64,000 bases of DNA from an uncultured Acidobacteriota bacterium (GCA_963843575.1 CAWJKZ010000013.1:32001-96000), one strand, 5' to 3'. Shown: positions 41,205-50,784, counted from the stretch's first letter. Translations and numbers: made by a program. Notes: generated from the letters alone by a model not told the origin.

Positions 41205-42482
41205 GTGTTCATGCTGGACACCCACGTGCACACGTGCCTGTCGCCCTGCGCGGAACTGGAGATGCACCCGGCCGCCGTGGCCGGGGCGGCGGTCTCCTCC
41301 GGGCTGGATGCCGTCGCGGTGTGCGATCACAACTCGGCCGAGAATGCGGCCGCCGTGGCGCGCGCCGCGCACAGGTCCGGCCTCGCGGTGATTCCCGGCA
41401 TGGAGATCACCAGCGCCGAGGAGGTTCACGTCCTCGGCCTCTGTCCGGACCTCGAGGCGGCGCTGGAGCTGCAGGCACGTGTTTACCGCTGTCTGCCCGG
41501 CCGCAACGACGCGCGCGCATTCGGCATGCAGGTGGTGGCCAACGAAGACGAGGAGGTGCTCGGCTTCAACGACCACCTCCTGGCCGGCGCGACCACGATG
41601 GCCGTCGACGCCGTGGTCGACGCGATTCACCGGGTGGACGGCCTCGCCGTGGCGTCGCACGTCGACCGCGAGGCTTTTGGAATCTTCGGGCAGCTCGGCA
41701 TGATCCCGGCCGACCTCCGGTTGGATGCCCTGGAGGTCTCGCGACGCACCCCCCTGCCGTCCGCGCGTGCGTCGTTCGCCCCCGGCGGGGAGTGGACTAT
41801 CCTGTGCGCCTCCGATGCGCACGAGCCGAAGGATGTCGGGCAGGCGGCCACGTACATGCTGCTGCAGGAGCCGACCGTCGCGGAACTGCGCCGCGCTTTC
41901 GCCGGCGAAGGGGGACGGACGGTGCTCGGCGGAGGAATGCCGATGGAGGACTTGGCACTGCACATCCTGGACATCGCACGCAACAGCATCGATGCGGGGG
42001 CGACGGAGATCGAGATCGTCATCGAGGAAGACCTCGCCGGCAACCGGCTCACGATCGAGCTGCGCGACAACGGGCGCGGCATGAGCCCGGAAACACTCTC
42101 CCGGGCCGCGGATCCCTTCTTTACCACGCGCACCACGCGCCGGGTCGGCATGGGGCTGCCGCTGCTCGCCCAGGCCGCCCGCAGCGCCGGAGGCGGGCTC
42201 TCGCTGGAGTCGCAACCCGGGCGCGGGACGAGCGTGCGCGCGGTTTTCGAGCACGGCCACATCGATAGGGCACCCCTGGGAGACCTGGAAACAACCCTGA
42301 TGGTGCTGCTCGCAGGTCATTCGGAGATCGACATCAGGTTCCGGCACAGAGTAGACCACGCGGAGTACGAGCTCGACTCCGCCGACCTGCGCGCTGCCGG
42401 GATCGACGTGGGCTCCCCCGAGGGCCTGATGGCGGTGCGCGGCGTCATACGACAGGGAGAGAGATCGTTGTCCAGGAGCTGA
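41205..42482 (+). CDS. PHP phosphoesterase fused to HATPase (kinase-like) domain
   Basis: DTHVHTCLSPC, CDHNS, SDAH, then in frame MEDLALHILDIARNS...DNGRGM...DPFFTTRTTRRVGMG; start uncertain. Confidence 0.8.
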   Translation: MFMLDTHVHTCLSPCAELEMHPAAVAGAAVSSGLDAVAVCDHNSAENAAAVARAAHRSGLAVIPGMEITSAEEVHVLGLCPDLEAALELQARVYRCLPGRNDARAFGMQVVANEDEEVLGFNDHLLAGATTMAVDAVVDAIHRVDGLAVASHVDREAFGIFGQLGMIPADLRLDALEVSRRTPLPSARASFAPGGEWTILCASDAHEPKDVGQAATYMLLQEPTVAELRRAFAGEGGRTVLGGGMPMEDLALHILDIARNSIDAGATEIEIVIEEDLAGNRLTIELRDNGRGMSPETLSRAADPFFTTRTTRRVGMGLPLLAQAARSAGGGLSLESQPGRGTSVRAVFEHGHIDRAPLGDLETTLMVLLAGHSEIDIRFRHRVDHAEYELDSADLRAAGIDVGSPEGLMAVRGVIRQGERSLSRS

Positions 42483-42539
42483 ACCGGGCGTGGTCGAGGG
42501 AACGCGAGACGCGGACAGGAACTGACTTTGGGAGGAAAC

Positions 42540-43028
42540 ATGGTCGACGTCACAAGGGTTCGGGAAATCGTCGGTCGTCACGGCGGTAAACGGGAGCACA
42601 TGATCGCCATCCTGCTCGACTGCCAGGAAGAATACTGCTATCTGCCGCGGGAGGTTCTCGAGGAGCTGTCGGTCCAGATCGACACGCCGCTGACCTCCGT
42701 GCTTTCGATCGCCACGTTCTTCCGTGCCTTCAGCCTCAAGCCGGTGGGCCGCCACCAGGTCCACGTCTGCATGGGCACCGCCTGCAACATCCAGGGGGGG
42801 CCCCGGCTGGTCGAGGCGCTCGAACGCGAGCTGAAGATCAAGAAGGGCGAAACCACGCCGGACATGCAGTTCAGCCTCGACACGGTCAACTGTGTCGGGT
42901 GCTGCGGGCTCGCCCCGGTCATCACCGTCGGACAGGACGTGCACGGAAAACTGAAGCAGTCTTCCATCCCGAGGATTCTGAAGAAGTACAGGTCAAAGGA
43001 GGCAAGCGATGCCGAGACTGTCCATTGA
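42540..43028 (+). CDS. nuoE: NuoE/HydC-like [2Fe-2S] subunit
   Basis: GGAGG RBS; VCMGTAC ... NCVGCCGLAP. Confidence 0.88.
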   Translation: MVDVTRVREIVGRHGGKREHMIAILLDCQEEYCYLPREVLEELSVQIDTPLTSVLSIATFFRAFSLKPVGRHQVHVCMGTACNIQGGPRLVEALERELKIKKGETTPDMQFSLDTVNCVGCCGLAPVITVGQDVHGKLKQSSIPRILKKYRSKEASDAETVH

Positions 43029-43392
43029 GGATCTCAAGCGGATACGCGACGAGTCGCGGCACATCCTCACGCTCAGGTCGGGGGAGGCCCGGGCGAAGGT
43101 GACGGTCCACATGGGTACCTGCGGCATTTCGGCCGGTGCGCGCGACGTCATGGGCGCCCTGCTGAAGGCCATCGAGGAACGCAAGATCACCGACGTGATC
43201 GTCACTACGTCGGGTTGTGCCGGGCTCTGCAGCCGGGAGCCGATGGCGACCGTGGAGCTCGCCGGCCAGCCACCGGTCAAGTACGTCGACCTCAAACCGG
43301 ACCGCATGATCCGCATACTGCAGGAGCACGTGCTCGAGGGCAGAATCGTCACCGACTTCGCGCTGGCCAGGGGCTGTGAGACGACCGGCTAG
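43009..43392 (+). CDS. thioredoxin-like [2Fe-2S] ferredoxin (HydD-like)
   Basis: VHMGTCGISAGA, SGCAGLCSREP. Confidence 0.85.
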   Translation: MPRLSIEDLKRIRDESRHILTLRSGEARAKVTVHMGTCGISAGARDVMGALLKAIEERKITDVIVTTSGCAGLCSREPMATVELAGQPPVKYVDLKPDRMIRILQEHVLEGRIVTDFALARGCETTG

Positions 43393-43469
43393 CCTTCCGG
43401 GACGCCCCGAAAACATCGGAAGGCGCGCAGCGCTTTGATCCGCACGTTTTTGCTGGAGGGAAGGGAGAG

Positions 43470-45309
43470 ATGGCATTCCGCACAAATGTTCTGGTTTGCG
43501 CAGGGACCGGGTGCGTGTCCGGGAACTCCTTTGCGACGGCCCGGGCGCTGGAGACCGAGGTGAAGAAACGGGGCCTGGGAGACGAAATCCAGGTGATACG
43601 CACAGGGTGCCAGGGCTTCTGCGCCGAGGGACCCATCGTGATTGTGCAGCCGGACGGCGTCTTCTACTGCGGCGTGGCCGCCAAGGACGCGCCGTACCTG
43701 GTGGAGGAACATTTCCTGAAAGGCCGGCCGGTGCAGAGGCTGATGTACTCGCCGCCGAAGGAAAAGAGCCCCATCCCGGCGCTCAAGGAGATTCCCTTCT
43801 TCGCCAAGCAGAAGCTGGTCGTGCTGCGCAACCGCGGGGCCATCGACCCGGAGCGCATCGACGACTACATCGCCGTGGACGGTTACACCGCACTGGTCAA
43901 AGCCCTGAGAGATGACGCCCGAGCAGATCATCCGGGAGATCAAGAAGTCGGGGCTGCGCGGGCGCGGCGGCGGCGGCTTTCCGACCGGCATCAAGTGGGA
44001 GACCTGCCGCCACGCAGCGAAACAGCGCAACGAGGAACCCGTCGTCGTCTGCAACGCCGACGAAGGCGACCCCGGGGCCTTCATGGACCGCAGCATCATC
44101 GAGAGCGACCCGCACTCCGTCCTCGAGGGGATGATCATCGGCGCGCGGGCGATCGGCTGCAAAGAGGGCTTCGTCTACATCCGGCACGAGTATCCCATTG
44201 CGCGCGAACGCCTGCTCAAGGCCATCGAGCAGGCGCGCGACTACGGCCTCCTCGGCAAGGGCATCCTGGGCTCCGAAATGGATTTCGACGTCGAGATCGT
44301 CCAGGGGGCGGGCGCATTCGTCTGCGGCGAATCGACGGCTCTCATGGCTTCGCTGGAGGGGAAGGCCGGCGAACCGCGCGCCAAGTACATCCACACGGTG
44401 GAGTACGGGTACAAGAACCGGCCGACGAACCTGAACAACGTCGAGACCTGGGCCAACGTCCCGCTGATCATCAGCCGCGGCGCCGAGTGGTTCGCGTCGA
44501 TGGGGACCGGCGAGGTCAGCGAGAATCCCTGGAACGGAAGCAGCGGGACCAAGGTGTTCTCGATGGTCGGCAAGGTGAACAACACCGGGCTGATCGAGGT
44601 CCCGATGGGCCTGACGCTGCGCGAGATCGTCTTCGACATTGGCGGCGGCATCGCGGGCGGCAGCAAATTCAAGGCGGTGCAGACCGGTGGTCCTTCCGGA
44701 GGGTGCCTCCCGGAAGAGCTGCTGGACATGCCGGTCGACTTCGACAGCCTGACCGAAGCGGGCTCGATGATGGGGTCCGGGGGCATGATCGTCATGGACG
44801 ACCAGACCTGCATGGTCGACGTGGCGCGCTACTTCATCGCCTTCCTGACCGAGGAGTCGTGCGGCAAGTGCGTGCCGTGCCGTGAGGGGTTGCGCACCTC
44901 GCTCGACACCCTCACCCGCATCTCGGAAGGCAAGGGGACCGAACACGACATCGAGCTCCTGTACGAGATCGGCGCCGTCATGCAGGACTGCTGTCTGTGC
45001 GCGCTGGGCACGTCCGCCCCGAACCCGGTGCTGTCGACGCTGCGCTATTTCAAGGAGGAGTACGACGCCCACATCAAGGACCACGTCTGCCCGGCGGGCG
45101 TCTGCAAGGACCTGATCGAGTACAGGATCGACGCGGAGAAGTGCGACGGGTGCCACGCCTGTGTGAAAGGCTGCTCCCCCGCGGCCATCGGGGGCGCGGT
45201 CAAGGAGAAGCACTCCATCGACGGGGACAAGTGCATCAAGTGCGGCGCCTGCCTTGAGGTGTGCAAGCGCGACGCGATCGTGAAAGTTCCGAGGAGTCAT
45301 GCGGCATGA
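43470..45309 (+). CDS. nuoF: NuoF/HydB-like FMN/NADH subunit (one frameshift near 43908, likely a sequencing error)
   Basis: N-terminal [76 protein letters not shown], two C-terminal ferredoxin motifs. Confidence 0.88.
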
Positions 45310-47064
45310 AGACCATCAAAGTGAAGATCAACGGGATCGAAGCCGAGGCTGCGGACCGCACCCCCATCCTGAACATCGCCGAAAAACTGGGGATCAAGAT
45401 CCCCACGCTGTGCCACCACCCGATCCTGGAACCCTATGGCGTGTGCCGCGTGTGCACCGTCGAGGTCCGCTCGGGCAAACGCGTCCGGATGGTGACGGCC
45501 TGCAATTACCCGGCGACGAACGGCATCGAGGTGCTGACCGATTCCGAGCGGGTCCGGCGCGACCGTAAGCTGATCATCGAGTGGCTGATGTCGCGCTGCG
45601 GGCACGTGCCGGTGATCGAGCAGCTCGCGGCCGAGTACGGCATCACGGAACCGCGGTTCGGACGCGGCGACGACGACTGCATCCTGTGCGGGCTCTGCGT
45701 GCGCGTCTGCTCCGACGTCGTCGGCGCCAATGTCCTCGGGTTCTTCAACCGCGGCACGACTCGCGAGGTCTCGACCGCCTACGGCGAGACCTCGGACAAA
45801 TGCATCGCCTGCGGGGCGTGTGCCCACGTCTGCCCCACAGGCGCAATCCGGATCGAGGACGACGCGGCCCTGGTCCAGAAAGAGCTCCCGATGGGGCCGC
45901 TCACCCCGATCGGCATCCCGTTCATGCAGGCGGTGCCGCACCAGCCGGTGATCGACCGCGATTCGTGCATTCACTTCAAGACCGGCGCGTGCAAGGTGTG
46001 CGAAAAGGTCTGCGAGGTGAAGGCGATCGACCACAGCCAGCAGGACCGCGTCGAGGAACTCGAGGTCGGGGCCGTCGTGCTGGCCACCGGCTTCCAGACC
46101 TTCGACGCCAGGAAGATCCCCGAGTACGGCTACGGCAGGTTCGACAACGTCCTGACCGGCATGGAGTTCGAAAAAATGAACAGCGCTTCGGGCTCGACCG
46201 GCGGCCGGATCCTCATGGCCGACGGCAAGGCCCCGAAGTCGGTGGGGATCATTCACTGCGTCGGCAGCCGCGACCAGCGCCACAACAAGCACTGCTCGCG
46301 CGTCTGCTGCATGTACGCGCTGAAGTTCGCACACCTGATCAAGGAGAAGACCGAGGCCGAGGTCTACAACTTCTACATCGACATGCGCTGCTTCGGAAAG
46401 GGCTACGAGGAGTTCTATCACCGCCTGCTGGAGGAGGGAGTGCGGTTCATCCGGGGCCGGGCCGCGTCGGTCACGGACTTCCCGTTGAACGAACACGAGC
46501 GCGGCAAGCTGATCATCCGCGTCGAGGACACGCTGCTCGGCCAGGTGCGGCGCATCCCGGTCGACATGGTCGTGCTGGCCACAGGGCTCGAAGCCGCAGA
46601 AGGCGCGGCCGAACTCGCCCGCACCTTCCACATCAGCTGCCAGCGGCGGTTTCTTCACCGAGCGGCACCCGAAGCTCGCCCCGGTGTCGACGGCCACGGA
46701 CGGGATCTACATCGCCGGCGCGTGCCAGGGGCCGAAGGACATCCCCGACACGGTCGCACAGGCCTCCGCGGCGGCGTCGCAGGTGCAGGCGCTGATGGCC
46801 AAGGGGGAGATCGAGGTCGAGTCCGCCACGAGCATCGTGGATGCCGAGAAGTGCGCCGGGTGCAGGATCTGCAACACCCTCTGCTCGCTCTCGGCCATCA
46901 GCTTCGACGAGGAGAGGCACGTGTCGGTGATCAACGACGTGCTCTGCAAAGGGTGCGGCACCTGCGCTGCGGCATGCCCGAGCGCTGCCATCATCGCGCG
47001 GCACTTCACCGACGAGCAGCTGTTCGCCGAAATAGAAGGAGCTCTGTATGACGTTCGAGCCTAA
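45306..47064 (+). CDS. hdrA: fusion of NuoG/HydA-N-like FeS domain with the C-terminal half of HdrA (frameshift near 46645)
   Basis: IPTLCHH..CRVC..C ([2Fe-2S]) and two ferredoxin motifs, then [36 protein letters not shown]; after the shift [17 protein letters not shown] and a C-terminal 2x[4Fe-4S]. Confidence 0.85.
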
Positions 47065-47485
47065 GATCGTGGGCATTCTCTGCAACTGGTGCTCGTACAC
47101 GGGCGCGGACCTGGCCGGAACCGCCCGCATCAAGTACGCCCCGAACGTGCGCATGATGCGTGTCATGTGCTCCGGCCGAGTCGACCCGACCTTCGTGCTG
47201 AAGGCGTTCGCCGACGGGGCCGACGGGGTGCTCGTCGCCGGGTGCCACCCGGGAGACTGCCACTACATCGACGGGAACTACAAGACCCTGCGCCGCATGG
47301 CGCTGCTGAAGAAGCTGCTCGCCGACTACGGTATCGAGCCGGAACGGTTCCGGCTGGAGTGGGTGTCCGCCTCGGAGGGCGACCGCTGGGCCGAGGTCGT
47401 CAACGGCATCACCGAAGACGTCCGCAGGCTCGGTCCGGCGAAGTTCAAGTCGAAAGGGAAAAAACGAGCCGCCCCGGCGGCCTAG
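47048..47485 (+). CDS. mvhD: methyl-viologen-reducing hydrogenase delta subunit
   Basis: CNWCSYTGADLAG, VMCSGRVDP, GCHPGDCHY, WVSASEG. Confidence 0.95.
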   Translation: MTFEPKIVGILCNWCSYTGADLAGTARIKYAPNVRMMRVMCSGRVDPTFVLKAFADGADGVLVAGCHPGDCHYIDGNYKTLRRMALLKKLLADYGIEPERFRLEWVSASEGDRWAEVVNGITEDVRRLGPAKFKSKGKKRAAPAA

Positions 47486-47633
47486 CACACAGTCTCATAA
47501 GTACGCTGACCTATTTTTCAGGACGCAGAAAACACGGGCGATGAAAGAGAAAAGCCAAAACAGAACGCAGATTCCGCGGGAATCCGCCTCCTGAAAAATG
47601 CGTTAGCGTATTTGCGAACATCAGTACCTAGCA
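47481..47633. mobile_element. MITE-like element with long imperfect inverted repeats and CCTAGCA direct repeat
   Basis: CCTAGCA at 47481-47487 and 47627-47633; arms 47498-47529 and 47583-47614 about 25/32 complementary; lower GC than flanks. Confidence 0.55.
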
Positions 47634-47670
47634 GACGCGGGCTGCACATCTACCGGTATTCGGAGGAAGC

Positions 47671-48627
47671 ATGGCGAAACTGAAATTGGCGTCCTACTGG
47701 GCGGCCGCATGCGGGGGATGCGACGTGGGGATCCTGGACCTGCACGAGAAGATCCTGGACCTCGCGGCAGCCGCGGACATCGTCTTCTGGCCCATCGCGC
47801 TCGATTTCAAGTACGAGGATGTCGAGGCCATGCCGGACGGCCACATCGACGTGACCCTGTTTCACGGGGCCGTCCGCAACTCCGAGAACGAGCATCTGGC
47901 GCGGCTGCTGCGCGCCAAGTCCAAGGTCCTGGTCGCATTCGGGACCTGCGCCCACATCGGCGGCATACCGGGCCTGGCCAACCTGTTCGACAAGAAGTCG
48001 ATCTTTCAGCGTGTCTACCACGACTCCCCCTCGACGGTGAACCCCGACGGCGTCGAACCCCAGCCTCGCTCCAGGGTGCCGGAAGGTGAAATTACGATCC
48101 CGGAGTTCTACGACACGGTCCGGTCCCTGGACCAGGTGGTCGACGTCGAGTACTATGTCCCCGGCTGCCCGCCGACCCCGAAGCAGATCTGGAAGGTGGT
48201 GGAGACGATCGTGTCGGGGCAACTGCCACCGCCCGGCGCCGTCATCGGCGCGTCGGAAAAGACGCAGTGCGACGAGTGCACGCGCAAGAAGAGCGAAAAG
48301 AAGATCACCGGATTCAAACGGATCGCGACCGCACAGCCCGATCCGGACACCTGTTTTCTCGACCAGGGTTTCCTGTGCGTCGGCCCCGTGACCCGGGGCG
48401 GATGCGACACCCGCTGCCAGCTGTCGGGAGTCGCCTGCCGCGGCTGCTATGGCCCGCCGCCGGGAGTGCTCGACCAGGGAGCAAAGGCGATCTCGGCCAT
48501 CGCCTCCGTGATCGAGGCCAAGGACGAGGCTGAGGTAGAACGCATAATCGCAGAGATCCCCGACCCGCTCCGGAGCTTTAACCGGTTCGGCATCCCGGGA
48601 TCCTTATTGGTGAGGAAAGCATTATGA
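47671..48627 (+). CDS. mvhG: group 3c [NiFe]-hydrogenase small subunit
   Basis: GGAGG RBS; AACGGC, AFGTCA, PGCPP, CVGPVTRGGC, CRGCYGP. Confidence 0.92.
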   Translation: MAKLKLASYWAAACGGCDVGILDLHEKILDLAAAADIVFWPIALDFKYEDVEAMPDGHIDVTLFHGAVRNSENEHLARLLRAKSKVLVAFGTCAHIGGIPGLANLFDKKSIFQRVYHDSPSTVNPDGVEPQPRSRVPEGEITIPEFYDTVRSLDQVVDVEYYVPGCPPTPKQIWKVVETIVSGQLPPPGAVIGASEKTQCDECTRKKSEKKITGFKRIATAQPDPDTCFLDQGFLCVGPVTRGGCDTRCQLSGVACRGCYGPPPGVLDQGAKAISAIASVIEAKDEAEVERIIAEIPDPLRSFNRFGIPGSLLVRKAL

Positions 48628-50084
48628 AGCGCATTTCGATTGATCCCATCACGCGGCTGGAGGGGCACGGCAAGATCGACATCTTCCTGGCCGACGACGG
48701 CAGCGTCGCAAACTGCTACTTCCAGGTGCCCGAGCTGCGCGGCTTCGAGAAGTTCGTCGAAGGCATGCCGGCCGAGGAAGTCCCGCGCGTGGTGTCGCGC
48801 ATCTGCGGCGTCTGACCGGCCGCACACCATTTGGCCTCGGGTAAGGCCATAGATGCAGTCTACAAGGTCGATCCGCCGGTCACGGCGAAGAAGCTGCGCG
48901 AGCTCTACTACAGCGCTCACTTCATGCACAGCCACATAGCCCACTTCTACGCGCTCGCCGCCCCCGACTTCGTCGTGGGCCCGGACGCCGATCCCGCGAA
49001 GCGGAACATCCTCGGCATCGTGGAAAAAGTCGGGGTCCCCGTGGCGGCCGAAGTCCTCAAACACCGCGCCATCGCGCAGGACATCCAGATCATGGTGGGG
49101 GGCAGGTCGACCCACCCCGTCTGGACTCTGCCGGGCGGCGTGTCCAAGGGGATCACCGACGCTCAGCGGCTGGAGATCGTCGAGAAGGCGAAATCGTGCG
49201 TGGAGTTCGCCAGGTTCTCCCTGAAGCTGTTCGAGGACATCGTACTCCAGAACAAGACCTACCTCGACCTGGTCCTCTCGGACATCTACGAGCTCGACTC
49301 GTACTGGATCGGGACCGTCGACGAGAAAAACCGGGTGAACTTCTACCAGGGCGAGCACCGCGTCGTGGATCAGGACGCCAAGGAAGTCTTCCGGTACAAG
49401 GACCACGAGTACCTCGATTTCATCTCGGAACGGGTCGAGCAGTTCAGCTACCTGAAGTTCCCCTTCCTGAAGAAGATCGGCTGGAAGGGGCTCGTAGCCG
49501 GACGTGACTCGGGCGTGTACCAGGCGACCCCGCTCTCGCGGCTCAACGCGGCCGACGGGATGGCGACGCCGCTGGCGCAGGCCGAGTACGAGAAGATGTA
49601 CAAAACCCTCGGCGGCAAACCTGTGAAAAAGCTCCTGGCCACGCACTGGGCGCGGCTGGTCGAGTTGCTGTACGCGGCCGAGCGGATGCTCGAGCTGGCC
49701 CAGGACCCGCAGGTCGCGTCGACCGACATCCGCACCCTCCCGACGGCGGTCCCGGAAGAGGGCATCGGGATCGTCGAGGCGCCGCGTGGAATCCTGACCC
49801 ATCACTACAAGACAGACCGGAACGGGCTCATCACCGAAGCGAACCTCGTCGTGGGAACGACGAATAATCATGCGCCGATCTCGCTGGCGATCAAGCAGGC
49901 CGCCCAGCGGCTCATCCAGCCCGGAAAGGCGATCGGGCAGGATCTCCTCAACATGGTGGAGATGGCGTTCCGGATCTTTGACCCGTGCTTCTCGTGCGCG
50001 ACCCACTCCCTGCCGGGGGAAATGCCCCTCGTCGTGGAGGTCCACGCCGCCGACGGCACCGTGGTCCACCGCGTTTCGCGGTAG
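48624..50084 (+). CDS. mvhA: group 3c [NiFe]-hydrogenase large subunit with in-frame UGA (putative selenocysteine) in the L1 motif
   Basis: IDPITRLEGH, LRGFEKF, RICGV-TGA(48813-48815)-PAAHH continues in frame to EAPRG and RIFDPCFSCATH plus a cleavable tail. Confidence 0.9.
48828..48855 (+). promoter_or_regulatory. putative bacterial SECIS hairpin
   Basis: CATTTGGCCT-CGGGTA-AGGCCA(TA)GATG. The stem begins 12 nt and the G-containing loop 22 nt after the UGA. Confidence 0.7.
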
Positions 50085-50125
50085 CACCTGCGCGTCGGGC
50101 GGCGCGTGGCAATCAGCGGAATAAC

Positions 50126-50182
50126 GAAGCCGGAAGTCAGGACCCGGGAACGGCTGCTGGCTTCCGGCTTTTGGCTTTTGGC
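50126..50182. repeat. heptamer-based inverted repeat / terminator-like hairpin
   Basis: AAGCCGGAAGTCAG pairs with CTGGCTTCCGGCTT, followed by TTGGCTT TTGGC. Confidence 0.45.
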
Positions 50183-50234
50183 GCGAACCAGATTCACGTT
50201 ACGCAGCACATAACGGACTGCCGCGATACACCCT

Positions 50235-50732
50235 ATGCGAACGCGGGTAATTGGTCTGGGCAACAGCCTCCTGTCCGACGACGGCGTCGGGATTTACGCG
50301 GCCCGGGAAGTGGCGCGCCGACTCGCCGGGACCGCTCGCGCGGATCCGGTGGACGTAACCGAGTCGGAAGTGGCGGGCTTCGCCCTGATGGAGCTGATGG
50401 CCGGCTGGGACCGCGTCGTGCTCGTCGACTCCGTTGTGTTCGAAGGAGTCGAACCGGGTACGGTCCTGCAGCTGGCGGCCGACGACCTGCACACCTCTCT
50501 CCGGCTGCGTTCCGTGCACGATATCGACCTCCCTACCGCCCTCGAACTCGGCCGTCGCCTCGGCCTGAGTATGCCGTCCGATGTCGTGATCTTCGGCATC
50601 CAGGTCCTGGATCCGTACACCCTGGGGGAAACCCTCACGGAACCTGCAGCCGCCGGACTGCGCGCCGCGACAGACCTGATCCTCCGGGAATTAATTCCCG
50701 CCGACTGCCCCAATTTCCTGCCGCCCTTGTAG
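50235..50732 (+). CDS. hydrogenase maturation protease
   Basis: IGLGNSLLSDDGVG, VVLVDS, SVHD. Confidence 0.92.
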   Translation: MRTRVIGLGNSLLSDDGVGIYAAREVARRLAGTARADPVDVTESEVAGFALMELMAGWDRVVLVDSVVFEGVEPGTVLQLAADDLHTSLRLRSVHDIDLPTALELGRRLGLSMPSDVVIFGIQVLDPYTLGETLTEPAAAGLRAATDLILRELIPADCPNFLPPL

Positions 50733-50784
50733 TTGTGCCTCGGACAAGTCAGAATTGGTACAAACAGCTCGGAGGGTTCGTGGA

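Noticed and set aside
43900-43915. Programmed frameshift in hydB (and at about 46645 in hdrA-C)
   Set aside because: No slippery heptamer or obvious stimulator; similar indels occur throughout the window, so sequencing error is likelier.
42540-45309. Respiratory complex I operon
   Set aside because: No membrane or other nuo subunits; the extra FeS domains match soluble HydBC-type proteins.
47048-47485. Selenocysteine in MvhD or HdrA, both known selenoprotein families
   Set aside because: All candidate positions are Cys codons (CNWC, GCHPGDCHY, LDCAAC, AGACQGP); no in-frame UGA.
48831-50084. mvhA as two genes or a pseudogene (63 aa + 417 aa ORFs)
   Set aside because: Both pieces are in the same frame, the stop sits at an essential ligand position, a SECIS-like hairpin follows, and the small subunit and protease are intact.
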